From assembly GCA_002269645.1 (NCBI GenBank), contig NIVC01001176.1, positions 280,245 through 344,244 on the forward strand: a stretch of DNA of 64,000 nt, in the 5' to 3' direction. This DNA comes from Macrostomum lignano (taxonomy: Eukaryota). Made by a program: the position numbers and the translations under genes. Positions 22,231 to 35,000 of the stretch are shown here, one piece after another (position 1 is the first letter of the stretch; every line of letters begins with the position of its first letter). The notes below the pieces were generated by a model. That model was not told where the DNA came from. It did no database searches and was given only the letters and a program-made list of their open reading frames with translations.

Positions 22231-24072
22231 CGAGGCCAACTCCTCCTCTGGAGGAGAAAGGGGAAGAACTCCCATCACCGGAATTCCATTCCCTGAAATC
22301 CATCAGCTGAAATTCCATGACTTGAATCCCATCTTCCAAATCATCTCCAAATCCTCTGTAAAGCCTTTCAAATACCATATCTTGTTTTCCCTGTTCGCAA
22401 AAACTGACTGCCATTGTCCAGACTCAGATTCTTCTGTCTCCTCTCTTCTCTTTTCTCTCCTCTCACGTCTCTCATCTCTACCACCTTATTTATCTCTTCT
22501 CCCTCGTCTTTCGTCTTTCTCTTCTGTCTCCTTTATCCCCTGTTTTCTCCTCTCTCCTCTCTCCTCTCTTCTCTCCTCTCTCATCTCTCATCCCTCATGC
22601 CTCATCTCACTATTTCTTTCTCCTCTACTCTCAGCTCCTCTCTTCTCTCTCCTCTCATCTCTCCTGTCTCCCTCTGCTATCTCATATATTCCCTCTCATC
22701 TCCTCTCTCCTCTTTTCTTCTCTCTCCCTCTTCGTTCCCGCCTTACTCCCCTCTTCTCTCCCATCTGTCATGTCTAATCTGTCCTCTCTCATCTCTACTC
22801 TCTTTTCTATAATCTCTTCTCTCTTCTCTTTTCACTCTTCTCTTTACTCTCTTTACTGACTGACTGAAGATACCAAATCCATCAAAATCCCTCCGTGAAA
22901 CAGAAATCCTCTCCGCGAAACAGAAATCCTCTCCGTGAAACTGGGCTCCATGGAAATCCTCTGAGTGAAACTGACATCCATCAAAATCGTCTCCGTAAAA
23001 CAGAAATACATCTAAATTCTCTCCACGAAAAATAAATCCTCTCCGTGAAACCGAAAACCATCAGAATACTCCGTGAAACTGGACTCAATCGAAATTTTCT
23101 CTGTCAAAAAGAACTTAACTTTCAGAATTCATTGGTTAGGGTTAGGGTTCGAGCTGCACAGAGCTGCGTGTTGAATTAATTGAATCAATTAATTGCGCAA
23201 ACCATTTCTCAGTCAGACAGTATCAGTCTTATTTAAAGTTAAATAAACAGTTGCGCAATCTAAATCAACCCTCCAATACACAGCAGCAGTGAGAAGTTGA
23301 ACCCTCCCCCAACTTTATCTATTACGTCTCGCAAAACTAAGTACAATCTTTGCAGAAAGTTAAAAGTATGAAAATAGTTTTTCAAATGCTGTGCTTTTTC
23401 TTTTCATATATAAAGCAAACAACTTATATCCCCAAACTCAGCGTTGCAAGATCTTTCCAGCAATATAAGTCTCTCCTCTCAAAGTTTAAAACTCGAGGAA
23501 CAGTTAGCGTTTGAAATTTACCGATTTCCCGACTGCTTGCTAGAGAAGCTCGCAAGTTTATTCATTGAATTTCACTGCCAAACTAATACACAGGGCTGCC
23601 AATAATAAAACCAAATGAATCTCGACACAGTCTATCTATTTACACTGTACAACTGCTATGTACACTCAGCCCAAGCCCAACCCCCCAGTCTGGGGGAATC
23701 ATTAAATTGAACTTAACCCCCCAACACGCGGGGGGTTTTATTTGCATTGAACGCAGAACACGCGCACCCACCACCCCTCAATACACAGCGGCCCGCGGGC
23801 GGAGGTTGGGGTGGCTATTTTTACAAACTGGCTGAAGCCCCAGGCAGAGTGACCAAAGAAGGTTATTGGGGGTTAAAAAAGCAGTTTTCTGCTTTTTTAG
23901 GGATGTTAAAATGTGAAAATTAAAAATTAAAATAGCCTAAAGCCTGCTCCGGAAAATTTGCAGTTTTCCCATATAAGTTTCGACGTTGACTTGGCAGAAT
24001 TGTAGGAGTTCACTTGCAACATACAGACAGACAGACAGACAGACAAACATCGCGTCGGTTTTAGTATTAGGA
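22231..24072 (-). mobile_element. Helitron-like non-autonomous element, copy B (inverted, near-identical to copy A)
   Basis: Reverse complement of 19541-21380; the ORF track gives identical 132-aa translations for both copies. Confidence 0.65.
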
Positions 24073-27009
24073 CAAGCTGTTGAAACCCGCGGATTTTGAA
24101 CCCGGGGAATTTCAATCCCTGGAACTATTTTTGCATGTACTCGTATTCTAAAATCTGAGGTCAAACTCAAACAAAAGCTTGTTAATAGTTAGGTTAGAAT
24201 TAAACATAAAATAGAGTACATTCGTAAAAAATTAGGATTTAAGGCAAACATTTATATTGTTGGCTGGGGTGCTCCAAACAGGCAAACTCTGGCCTCTGCC
24301 TCTCCTTATGTCCCTTGGATCCTTAGAAACTTTGACCTTCTCTTCTGTTTCCTCTCCTCTCTCTCGTCTCTGTCTCTTCTCTCTCTCTCCTCTATCCCCT
24401 ATTCTCTCGTCTATTCTCTCTCCCTTCTATTCTTTTATCCCTCCTCTCCTCCCTCCTCTCTACTCTCTCCTCTCTCTCCTCTCATCTCTTCTCTTCTTTC
24501 CTCTCTCCTCTCTCCTCTCTTCTATCGTCTCTTCCCTCACCTCTCTTCTCTCTCGTCTTTGCTCTCTTATCTATCTCTTCTTTCTCTTCTTTTATCTTTT
24601 CTCTCTTCTCTTTTCTCATTCTTTCTGCATGTTCTCTCCTCTCTCCCTCTCTCTCTCCTCTCTCTCCCTCTCTCTCCTCTCTCTCCCTCTCTCTCTCCTC
24701 TCTCTCCCTCTCTCTCTCCTCTTATCTCTCTGCTCTCTCCTGTCCCATATCTCTTTCTCCTCTAATCTCTCCCCTGTTTCATCTCCTCTCTCGTCCTTTC
24801 TCCTCTTTCCCCTGTCCTCTCGTTTCTCTCCCCTCCCCTCCTCTCTCCTCACTCACTTCTCTCTCCCTTTGTCTTACCTCTCATCTCTTATTTCTATCCT
24901 TTTTTTCTCTCCACTCTCCCATCTCTCGTCTGTTCACTCTCGTCTCTGGTCTCTCATCTCCCCTCTCTCATCTGCCATCTTTACTCTCTTATACTCGTAT
25001 GTTTTCTCACCTCTCTCATCTGTACTCTTCTCTTTCCCCTCTTTTGACTCCTCTCTTTCCTTTCTCCTTTTTCCCTTCTCTTCTATTCCCTCTTCTATTC
25101 TCTCCCTCTCTTGTCTTCTCTCTTTTCTCTTCGCTCTCCTCTCTCCTCTCATATATCGCGTTCACTCTCATCTTTGCTCTCCACCCCCTCTCTCTTCTCT
25201 CTCCACTCTTTACTCTCCACTCTCCTGTGTACTCTTCTCTTTCCCCTTTACTGAATCCTCTCTTCTTACTCCTCTTCTCTTCCCTCTTCTATACTCTTCT
25301 CTTGTCTCTTTGCACTCTGCTCTCTCTTCCTTCACCTCTCTATCTCTACTCTCTCGTCTCCACAATCTCATCTCTTTCCTCTCTCCTCTTCTTCCCTTTA
25401 CTCTATCATCTCTCCTTTCTCCTCTCTTCTTTCTCAACTCTCTCTCTCATCTCTTATCTCCTCTCTTCTCACTCCTCTCTCCCTCTCTCTCCCCTCCTAT
25501 CTCCTCTCTGTTCTCTATTCTCTATTCTCTTCTCACTCTTCTCTACTCTCCTCTCTCATCGATCCTCTGTCTCATCTCTCCCCTCTTCTCTCTTCCTCTT
25601 CTCACCTCTACTCTTTCCTCTCCCTCCTGTCTCCCCTCCTCTCGCTTCCTCCTCCCATATTCTCTGCTCTCTCCTCGTCCTCACCCCACTCGTCTTTCCT
25701 GTTATCTTATATCTTTTCTCTTACCCCCTCTCGCCCTTCCTCTCTTTCCAATAGTCTATTCCTTTTCTTTTTCACACTCATCTGGCCCGCAGCCATGAGT
25801 TGGATTCTTTATCTGGCCTTTGAGTTAAAAATCTACCGATCCCTGCTTTGAAAGCCAGTTTGTGGGACGTAGTACTATCATGGTTATCATTTCTTATGCT
25901 TTAATCACGTCACCTTTCTGGCCAATTAGCAGCCCTGAGAGGAATTTGTGTATCTCCAGCTCCACCACCACAGTTTGCACTCTGTAGCAGTCTAACAACC
26001 AAGGAAATGCGCATTTCTTAGGAGTCATTTAAATTTTAAAGTTACTCTATGCGAAACTTAATGTTAAAAGCTTCATGGTGTAACTAATTTAGTAGTATTG
26101 CATTGTAATAAGTTATTCATTAATTTTTCGCTATTTTTACAAACCATCCCGCATCGCCTTGATTTGCCTGTTTGCCATCCACTGTTAAACTGCTGCAGAC
26201 TTGTCTATACAGAGGACAGTGGTTTGAATCTCTCGCTGAAACTGTCTCTCCTCTCCACGCCTCTCCACTCGCGGGGGTGCAGAGAAGGCTATTAAAAGTT
26301 ATTCCAAAACAGTGTACGTTGCCATGTACATTCAGCCCTATCGCCTGACCCTTCGTCTGGGCTGGGGGAATGAGTGAGTGAGTGGCACAAACAACAGAAA
26401 AAGCAGACAAAATTCACATGCTTACAGTTTCCGTCCTGATTGAGATACAGAGTTGAGACTTTACATGTAGGCAGAGAATGAGTCAATAAAGAATTGTGTT
26501 AAGTTAGAAGTCAATCGCTTCACGTAGAGCAAACTTATGGCAGCCGAAAGTTAGTCATTTTAAAACCCATTTACACCCTTTGCCCAGATCGGGAAAGAGG
26601 CAGGCGGGCGGAGGTTGGGGTGGCTGTCTCGCTGAAAAAAACAGCCAAACTTTAAAAGTGCACAGCGCCGTTCAGGATTAACTTTGAGACTCGAAATTTT
26701 ACACGATTGTGTCAAAATAGTTGAAAATTGATTGTGTCAAATTTGAAGAGGATCGGTAGAAGTGGAGCGGCGCTAAGGAGGCTTTAGTAAAAAAATCGCG
26801 CATTTTGAGCAGTTTTTTGCACTTTTAGGTAGGAAGACTCAAATTTAGGAAATTTAAAGGTAGCCTAAGACATTCTCCGTAGTGAGTTTAGGGTGGGTGT
26901 AAAATTTGGTGTCATTTGGTTGAGCGGTTTGGGAGTCCATAGCGATCAAAATTGTCCACACACAGACAGACACACACACACACAGAGTTTTGATTTTTAT
27001 ATGTAGAGA
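24073..27009 (-). mobile_element. Related Helitron-like element C (~2.9 kb)
   Basis: 5' A|TCTCTACATATAAAAATC followed by a TG/TCTG microsatellite. Shares GGGCGGAGGTTGGGGTGGCT (plus strand) with copy B and has a long purine tract. 3' GC-rich imperfect hairpin then CTTG, abutting the TC of copy B. Confidence 0.45.
24340..25780 (+). repeat. CT-rich low-complexity tract (~1.4 kb)
   Basis: Almost pure pyrimidine strand; accounts for the Leu/Ser/Phe ORF 24257-25798. Confidence 0.9.
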
Positions 27010-27075
27010 TTGTAGTAAATAGAATTTGCATTTTGTATTAATTTAAGTGCAATAAATTTAACTGAACATGAATCT

Positions 27076-27276
27076 CAGGCGCCGCGGAACGAGTTTTTGC
27101 CAGGGGGGCAGGACCAAGTTTCCGAAACTCAAGCCCAGACCCTGACTTGGACAATGACCAAAAATTTGAGCAAAATTATGCTGTTGAACAGTATTTGAGG
27201 GGAGGCAATGCCCCCCCCCCCAACTCAATGTCAGGGGGCAGCTGCCCCCCCTGCCCCCCCTGTTCCGCGGCGCCTG
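27076..27276. mobile_element. MITE family 3 (hAT-like CAGG termini), 201 bp
   Basis: Perfect 15-bp TIRs CAGGCGCCGCGGAAC / GTTCCGCGGCGCCTG. The TSD is only approximate (AACATGA on both sides). Confidence 0.75.
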
Positions 27277-29487
27277 AACATGATCCTTTCATGTACAATA
27301 CATACAGTATGTAGTCAAAATAAAACGCCAAAGCTTCTATGTATATCAATTAATGCAATTAAATGACGCACAACACAACTGATATACTGCAGGCTGCTGC
27401 AGTTCCTTAACAAACATACATGTACAAGCTTACATCAAGGACCACTGAAGTCACTTCGTTAAACTTATAAGTCTACTTAAGTAGTCCTTGGCTTACATGA
27501 ATAGTACGAGCAACATATGTAATTACCTAGATCTAATTAGCTACATCTTTTAAGTGTCGAAAGATGTATCTGAAAATGTTTCGGCAAAAGTTAACTGTTA
27601 CGACACTTTTCCGACACTTTTCCGACACTTTTTGCGACATTTTAAGTGTTGTAAAAAGTGTCGGAAGATGTGTCTGAAAATGTGTCGGCGAAAGCTATAC
27701 ACAGGTGCATTCTCGATTCCAAGGCTCGATTCCAAGTGCAGTCACATTAATTTGGGGCTGAATTGGAATCTCGGCTTGGCTCTCCCTTCTTGCACGGTCC
27801 TAACCCCGTCTTATAGACGGCCCCTTCGGCATCTGCTGCGTCTTCGACGTCTGGTCCCCCTTCCCCCGGCAGTTTCGGCTTCAGCAGCTAAGCTCCCCTT
27901 GAGAGGCATCACCAGTACTTCCCGGCCGTGAACAAAGAGCAGGATAGCAACCGGCAAGTGAAGAGTACCGGCGGCACTCGTCAGCTAAGATCAGCATCCC
28001 ATCCGAGCGTTTCGGTCTCTGCGGATCCCTTGGCTACCGCCAGTTAGGTCCTCTGATTGGTTTGGTGAGAGGCTTTCTTGACCTGCTTAACTGGGTGCGC
28101 CCTTTGTCCTTCCTAGGTAGTCTGATAGGATTTGCACTTTTGCTTGCTTGCTTTTTGTGTGCCAAACTCGAGGCAAAAGTTTCATATAATACTAAAAGTA
28201 GCCATTTGCTCTGACTCTATCTAAGGTGTTTAGGATTGCGGATTAAGTGAGAAAGTTAAATCTGGAAGTTAGACTTAGCGTTTTCTTTCTTTTTCGCAAT
28301 GCCAGCTGGGATGAGCGGCTAGATCTAGGAGCAGAGGTCACAGTGGATCGGAAGCGGCACAGTTCTCGGTCAATCAGTCGATCTCGGAAATCACGACAAG
28401 AATGCAAATTAAGTGCCAGACTGGCTCTTTCGTGCAGTCTCAGGCAGCTAAGCGGCAAAAAAAATTAAATATTAGTCTAACGGTTTCCAAAAGTAACAAT
28501 GCATCTACATCATCGCTATCTGTCGACGTGTTAACACATTTAGTGCCAAAAGCGTGCAGTTACGTGTACTTGTACATGTACTTCTGGGAATTTGGTAATG
28601 AAATAGTACTTCTGTAGTGTATGAAGGCTCGCCAGCGCAAGAACCCCCTGCAAAAGTCCTCTCTGTCCCTGCATGGCCAATGTGATCTTAGTCCCAGCAG
28701 CGTCCCTTCTATTCGGCTATGACTTCGAGATAGACAGCTAAAAGACTGAGGACTGGGGGGTGGCAGGTAAGTGCCTTGCCCCTCTAGTCGGAAGTCCGAT
28801 TTCGATAGCTCTGGTTTGGTGAGCCGGGGCGCACGGACTGGTGGCAGCGGGTTAGTTAATCTAATTCTCCCTGCTTGTCTCTCGCTGTCTACTCTTAGCT
28901 ATAGGACCTTGCTGCTCGCCCACAATGTAGCTACCATGGGGCTGACCATCTGACAGGAGTGAGAGGCCAGAGCTTTAAGTGATTCATTTCTGAGTTCTAA
29001 GGCCCGAAGCTATAGGCTTAAAAAAAGCCGAACCCATCAATCAGAGTTTCGGATACTAACTATTTCGAAATACTTTGTGCATACATGTAGCTATACTGGC
29101 ACTGTGCGAGCTGGCTGACTACCAGGTGCAGATGCGCGCCTGGTCTGCTTTATCCGTCAAAAAAGCATGTAAAAGTACAGCGAGTGGATATGAAATTTTT
29201 TCATATCTTTATGAGCACTTTATTTGCCCTGGATACGTATGGCAGAATTTGCAAACCAAGTATATCATTTGAACGCGTATCAAGTATCATTTAAGCAATT
29301 TTCCCACTGGAAAGAGCGAAAAAAGAAAAAGACCTAAAGTTCTGTAAAAAAAATTGTTTTTAGCGCGATTATTTAAATACGAGAGGTGTTGCACAAGTAC
29401 TTAAACTTTCACATACATGAAAATTGTTAAACTTTAACTGAGAATTTTGATTTTGAATACTATCCCGCTTGAAAAGCACTACACAAT

Positions 29488-31268
29488 TTAAGCACGCATT
29501 TGTTTCCCCATTGATATTCGAATTTTAACAAAAGCAAAATACTAAAAGCAACCCGTAGCATTAAACTTTACACAGAGTAAACTGCAGCCGTGAAACGACT
29601 ATTGGTCAAGTTTCAGCTCGATATGTCACTTTGGCTTTGAGCAGGAGCGATTTTCGATGTGTTCTATTTTGTGATTCCAAAATTCATATTGATATTCGAG
29701 TACAGGTACTTCTGCCTCACCGATCTTGACGAAACTTTACACAGAGTAAACTGCAGCCGTGAAACGACAGAAACGAAAACAGAAACGTAAAAAGTCAAAA
29801 TCATGCAGTATGTGGGTGATTTGCATGCCAGCTTAGAGACGAATTATAAAACAGTAAAATTTACAATATCAAGTAACAGTTGGCAACATGTTTTAAGTAC
29901 TGTAGATAAGTCATTGTAGTCTTAGAAAAGTTAATATCGCTCAAATGAATAGTCAGCAGAAATGTAACGAAGTGCTCCGAATTGAAGTTGCATAGTACGG
30001 ATTTAGATTAGCCAGGTAGTAGAAAAACGGTATGGCAGTTCTCACAAATAAAATTCTCGACTGGCCGATTGATACATTGCACATGATACCAGTACAAGCA
30101 AGATGGGCACTCGATCTGGAAAAAAATCGTCGCATTGCATCATAATAATTGCTATCAAATTTCAGACAGCTACGCATTCAGCCAGTCGTTCAGGCAGTAG
30201 CGTTATGTTTTTTGATCCTGTCAATCATCTAGAGGGTTTGCTATACTCGTATGTTGTAAACCTATATTTGTTTTAAAAAGGCTGAATCGAAAAAATATTT
30301 TTTGTTGGACCTACCCAGTCGATCGGAGCATTGGCGACAGGACTGCATGTATCAGGACAGCTTTTTTTGCATGCATGGCAAAACTCTTGGTTCCCTCCGA
30401 GACTGTAAACTTCGATAACCGCCCAGATGTAATGTCTAAATGACTCCAGTGATTGGGCGTCACGCTTGAAAAAGGGCACTTTTCCGAGCACAATCGCCCT
30501 GGCGTAGATACAGACGAAAACACCGCAGCTGTATCCATCGACCTGCATTGTACGGGGCAATGTATCGGCTACGAACTTGTCTTGACACTTCCTGAATAAA
30601 GGAGCTGCCGAATCCACGAAAGGTAAGAGGACAACCGAATCGAGAAGGCGACTGCAATTTTGCATGTTCATATCAGAATAGACAGTACTTGAATATCAAT
30701 ATGAATTTTGGAATCACATGTATTTTAAATGGAACACATCGAAAATCGCTCCTGCTCAGAGCCAAAGTTACATATCGAGCTGAAACTTGACCAATAGTCG
30801 TTTCACGGTTGCAGTTTACTCTGTGTAAAGTTTCGTCAAGATCGGTGAGGCAGAAGTACCTGTACTCGAATATCAATATGAATTTTGGAATCACAAAATA
30901 GAACACATCGAAAATCGCTCCTGCTCAAAGCCAAAGTGACATATCGAGCTGAAACTTGACCAATAGTCGTTTCACGGCTGCAGTTTAGTCTGTGTAAAGT
31001 TTCATCAAGATCGGTGAGGCAGAAGTACCTGTACTCGAATATCAGTATGAATTTTGGAATCACATGTATTTTAAATGGAACACATCGAAAATCGCTCCTG
31101 CTCAAAGCCAAAGTGACATATCGAGCTGAAACTTGACCAATAGTCGTTTCACGGTTGCAGTTTACTCTGTGTAAAGTTTCATGCTACGGGTTGCTTTTAG
31201 TATTTTGCTTTTGTTAAAATTCGAATATCAATGCGAATATCAATGCCGGAAACAAATGCGTATTTAAG
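29488..31268 (-). mobile_element. Foldback-like DNA transposon derivative with internally repetitive inverted arms
   Basis: Left arm 29488-29768 is the reverse complement of right arm 30684-31268. The arms are built from ~170-177-bp units (3 on the right, ~1.4 on the left). Confidence 0.7.
30008..30640 (-). pseudogene. Spliced 3' end of a Ulp1/SENP (C48) protease + PHD finger gene
   Basis: QVDGYSCGVFVC (catalytic Cys motif), then CHACKKSC...IDW | intron 30314-30116 (GT-AG, phase 0) | IECPSCLYWYHVQC...FICENC...* completing a C4-H-C3 PHD. The 5' part is missing. Confidence 0.8.
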
Positions 31269-31849
31269 CGAAATTGGAAACCTTTGGAACCACCTTTTTG
31301 TTCGTCCACCACGGTCGTGCAATCAAAGAAAGGACAGTGTGTGATACGCTCGTATTCTAATTCAACTCCTTGGAAGCTTGGCATTTTGGCAAGAATCACT
31401 GGGGATTCACGCCGATTTAGTCAATCTTAATGCGGCCAGGCCTAGTAGTGAGGTAAGGTCGGATGATCGGCAATCCTCTACTTTCGCACGTTTAATTATT
31501 TTTCGAAAAATAATAACTTCCTTAGTAGTTACTGGGAGTAAAAATATTTTAATATTTAAACTTGCGCGAATGTAAGACGTGGCAGTGTATCATCGATTTT
31601 ATGGTGTAGGACCGACCTATAGACCGCCACACACCAAGACCACCACACTGGCTTGGGGAGCTAGGGGAGGAATTTGGCTGAATGTGTAATTGGATTGTGC
31701 TAGGCCTAGAAAGGAGATGAGTGGGTAGGAGAGCCAGTAGGACAAGGCTGCGAGAGAGGAACCTACAAGAAGAATAGCAATGCTAGAAGATTGCTAGATT
31801 GGTAGCTCCCCCTCAATACCAATAGCCAGTAATACTAATAGCTGCGACA

Positions 31850-32070
31850 GTCTTGGTATGTGGCGGTATGGATTGGTGGTCTATGTCTACTAGTTTGAGG
31901 TGGCTATTGGCTATGCCTATATATATGGCCAAAACCTGCAATTGCTTCAGGGCTATGCATGGCATATCCAAGGCCCTGTTTGACACCCGCCTAGATGAGT
32001 TTCTGTGGCGCCACTGTGCCACCTACTTTTCTGGGTCTACAGCACACTACTATAGGCCCCCTAGATGATA
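31850..32070 (+). pseudogene. Merlin/ISXO2-like transposase relic
   Basis: FRAMHGISKALFDTRLDEFLWRHC resembles the IS1595/Merlin C-terminal motif (G-x-S...YLxEFxWR). No TIRs found. Confidence 0.45.
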
Positions 32071-35000
32071 TCTAGTGCAACCAAATGTGTGATATAACAA
32101 ACTCACCAATTGTTGGTAAACTTTTATTAAAACTTTGTTTAAAATTTGTTAAATTTTCAAAAAAGAGGCCTAATTAAATGTGCAAAAGTAGAAGATTTAC
32201 AGATGATTGTCTAAATTAGAGTTAGGGGCCTAGGTTGAGCAGTTTGAAGTAGATAGGCCTAAGACTTTCCAAATTTTACTAATTTGCCTTGGTTAGGCCA
32301 CCTATATGCTTTTAGGCTCCAATGTTCTCATTGATTCATTTCTCAATATCTTAGATGAGAACTATTGGCTATGCAGACAGTCTGGACACCTGGAGCATAA
32401 CACTAAAAAGCTAATGTTTCTATCATTCACCTTGTATGTCTCTTTCCAATTCCATTGTTTCCTATTGAGATAGTATGAAATGATTTATTAAATGAAATGA
32501 TTTTTGCACTATAAAATAAAGCAATAAAGCCACTTTCCAAATGTGCCAAGATTGCAACAATAGGCCTAGGCCTATTTTAACCACATTTAAAAGTATAAAT
32601 AGACCTACTTATAGAACACCCATTGTAGCATTGAGAAAAACATACCAATTAGACTTACCAATCATATTTAAATGCTAACTAAGTGCTGGTAATTTGATGC
32701 CACATATAGGCCTATAATTTAGTTAAAGCAAAAATGGCATCAAAGATAAATACAAATATTATTAAGATAAATAGGCCTTGTATCTAAATTTATGCATAGA
32801 AGTGCAAGTGCAAGGCAATAAAATGCGCGAGTATCAAATTTAGTATGTATTGCCAAAAACTTGGCTAAAGTTTTGATAGCTTTAATAAAAGGTTTGAAAA
32901 ATATAAAATAATGTGGCTGCAAATAAAAAGAATCAACAAAAGAAAACAAAACATATTGTATAATTGAAAACTATAGTATAGAAACTGTTAAAAAATGGGT
33001 AACAAATATAAAGACCTCTCTTGAAAGATTGGGATTGGGATACACTGCAAGTATATATCTAACTGCACTGACAAATCTTATAAAAATATGATATTTATAT
33101 TTTTGTACCAATAATCATGAGACTTATACTCAACCACAGAGGAAAAAATTGTGAAATCTATCCCAATATTCAGATAGTTGGTTGGAAATATATCATATTA
33201 TATATATGCTATGCACTATGCACTATTTTACATTTTCAGCCTATAGAAACTTTATCTATCAATTGCACTTGGTCAATAATAATAGGCCTAAAGATGCAGC
33301 TATGTATTAGGCTCTTATCAAGCCTAGCAATAATTTATGAATACAAGTGCACATAAACCTTATATCTTATGAACAAATGAATAATTGATAGAACATATGA
33401 AGGTAAAAGACAAAGATCACTCTTGATGGTCATCTTATTATGCATATATGGCTATGTGAGTCAGTAAAATCAAATAATTTCTAGTTCTAATGTGATAGAA
33501 AATTATAGTTGAAATAAATATTGTAACAAAGTTGCAGAAAATGATATGAAATCAGAATCCCATATCATAGTAAAAATAATGGGGTGTTAGACTATTAGAT
33601 GCACACTTCATGAAACCAAAGAGAACAAAATTTGCACTCTATCTGAAAAGGAATATGCAGTGAAAATGAATGGTTGGATGTCTTAAAATAGCTACTTCAC
33701 TGGGCAAACATTTGCTATAAGAATTTTAAAAGTATAATAAACAACATTTGATATTATAAGCTGGAATAATAAATTATCTACATTTCTTTTTAAAACATTA
33801 CCACATTTTCTTATATGTTTTTTGCATGCATAAGTTTTTGCTTCAATTTTCACTTAGTTTTCTAAGCTTGCGATTAACAGCTATAAGTTGGTAGTTATCT
33901 ACAGCTATTACTGTGACAAGTTTAAGCCTGCCTATTTACCTATGGTAAACTTCAAGCTTCTATTGTGATGCAAAGCCGCCTCCTCTTTACCATACTTCTA
34001 ACATAAATTTTGGTTATTAGATGACCTAAGGAGCAAATTTTGCCATATCTTCAAGTGAGACTATGATATTACATTATTACTATTAATAATGTCATAGTGA
34101 CTTGTTTGACAGCAGCAAATCAGCAAATATGCTCACTAATACTCTGCAGCTATTACCGTCCTACTAAATAGAATGTTTTATAGTACTAGTATATATCTCG
34201 TACTAGCCAAAACAGTGTCAAATGGAGTTAAGGGTATAATGAAAGGAAACCAATTTAATGAAACAATTATATGCAGCAATTAACATGTAAACAATAGTCT
34301 AATGTCTGTTTATAAAAAAACAAATTATCTTCTAGACAGAACATGCCTTGTTCTATGTATACTTTAGTTTTAGGCTTATTAGGTCTTGAAAAAAGACTTA
34401 GGTCTAAGTGTTTTGTAAGTACAGTATTGGAAATATAAAACTATTTTTCATATAATCTTTAGGCCTTATCCTTGTTTATGTTCTAAGTCAAAATTGTTTT
34501 AATAAAAATTAAAAATATTTTCTTGCTTATTGGTTTATTTAAGTTTGTGCTTCGCCTTGGCCTAAATTTATTAGCCTAAACACATGTTTTAGACTAAATC
34601 ATGCATTGACTAGCCCTAGTCAATTATTATTTAGGCCTAACTTTACTAGATACAAATTATAAATTTTAAAATGGCACTAGTCATGCCATCATCAGAACTG
34701 GCACAAATTCTGAAAAGTATTTTTGCCAACAAAACTGCACTAGCCTTTTCAAAATTTTTAACACTTGTAATATACATTTTGCAACATAAATACATCAAAG
34801 TGCTTGAAAAATGCCAAATGGCATAATATGGAAGTATTAGTTTGTTTCACTTTACTTGAATAATATATGTTCATAAATTGCATAATAAAATATGCCTTGA
34901 CTCAATTTTGACTTGAGATAAAAAAATTTGTAAACTGGTTGATAATATACCTAGGCCTAGGGCCAATCAATCTTTTGCCACTAATGCTAATTGATAGTTG

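Noticed and set aside
24257-25798. 513-aa Leu/Ser/Phe ORF resembling a membrane protein (also 20799-21493, 22181-22812, 43700-44077)
   Set aside because: Pyrimidine tracts lack stop codons by composition; there is no domain structure.
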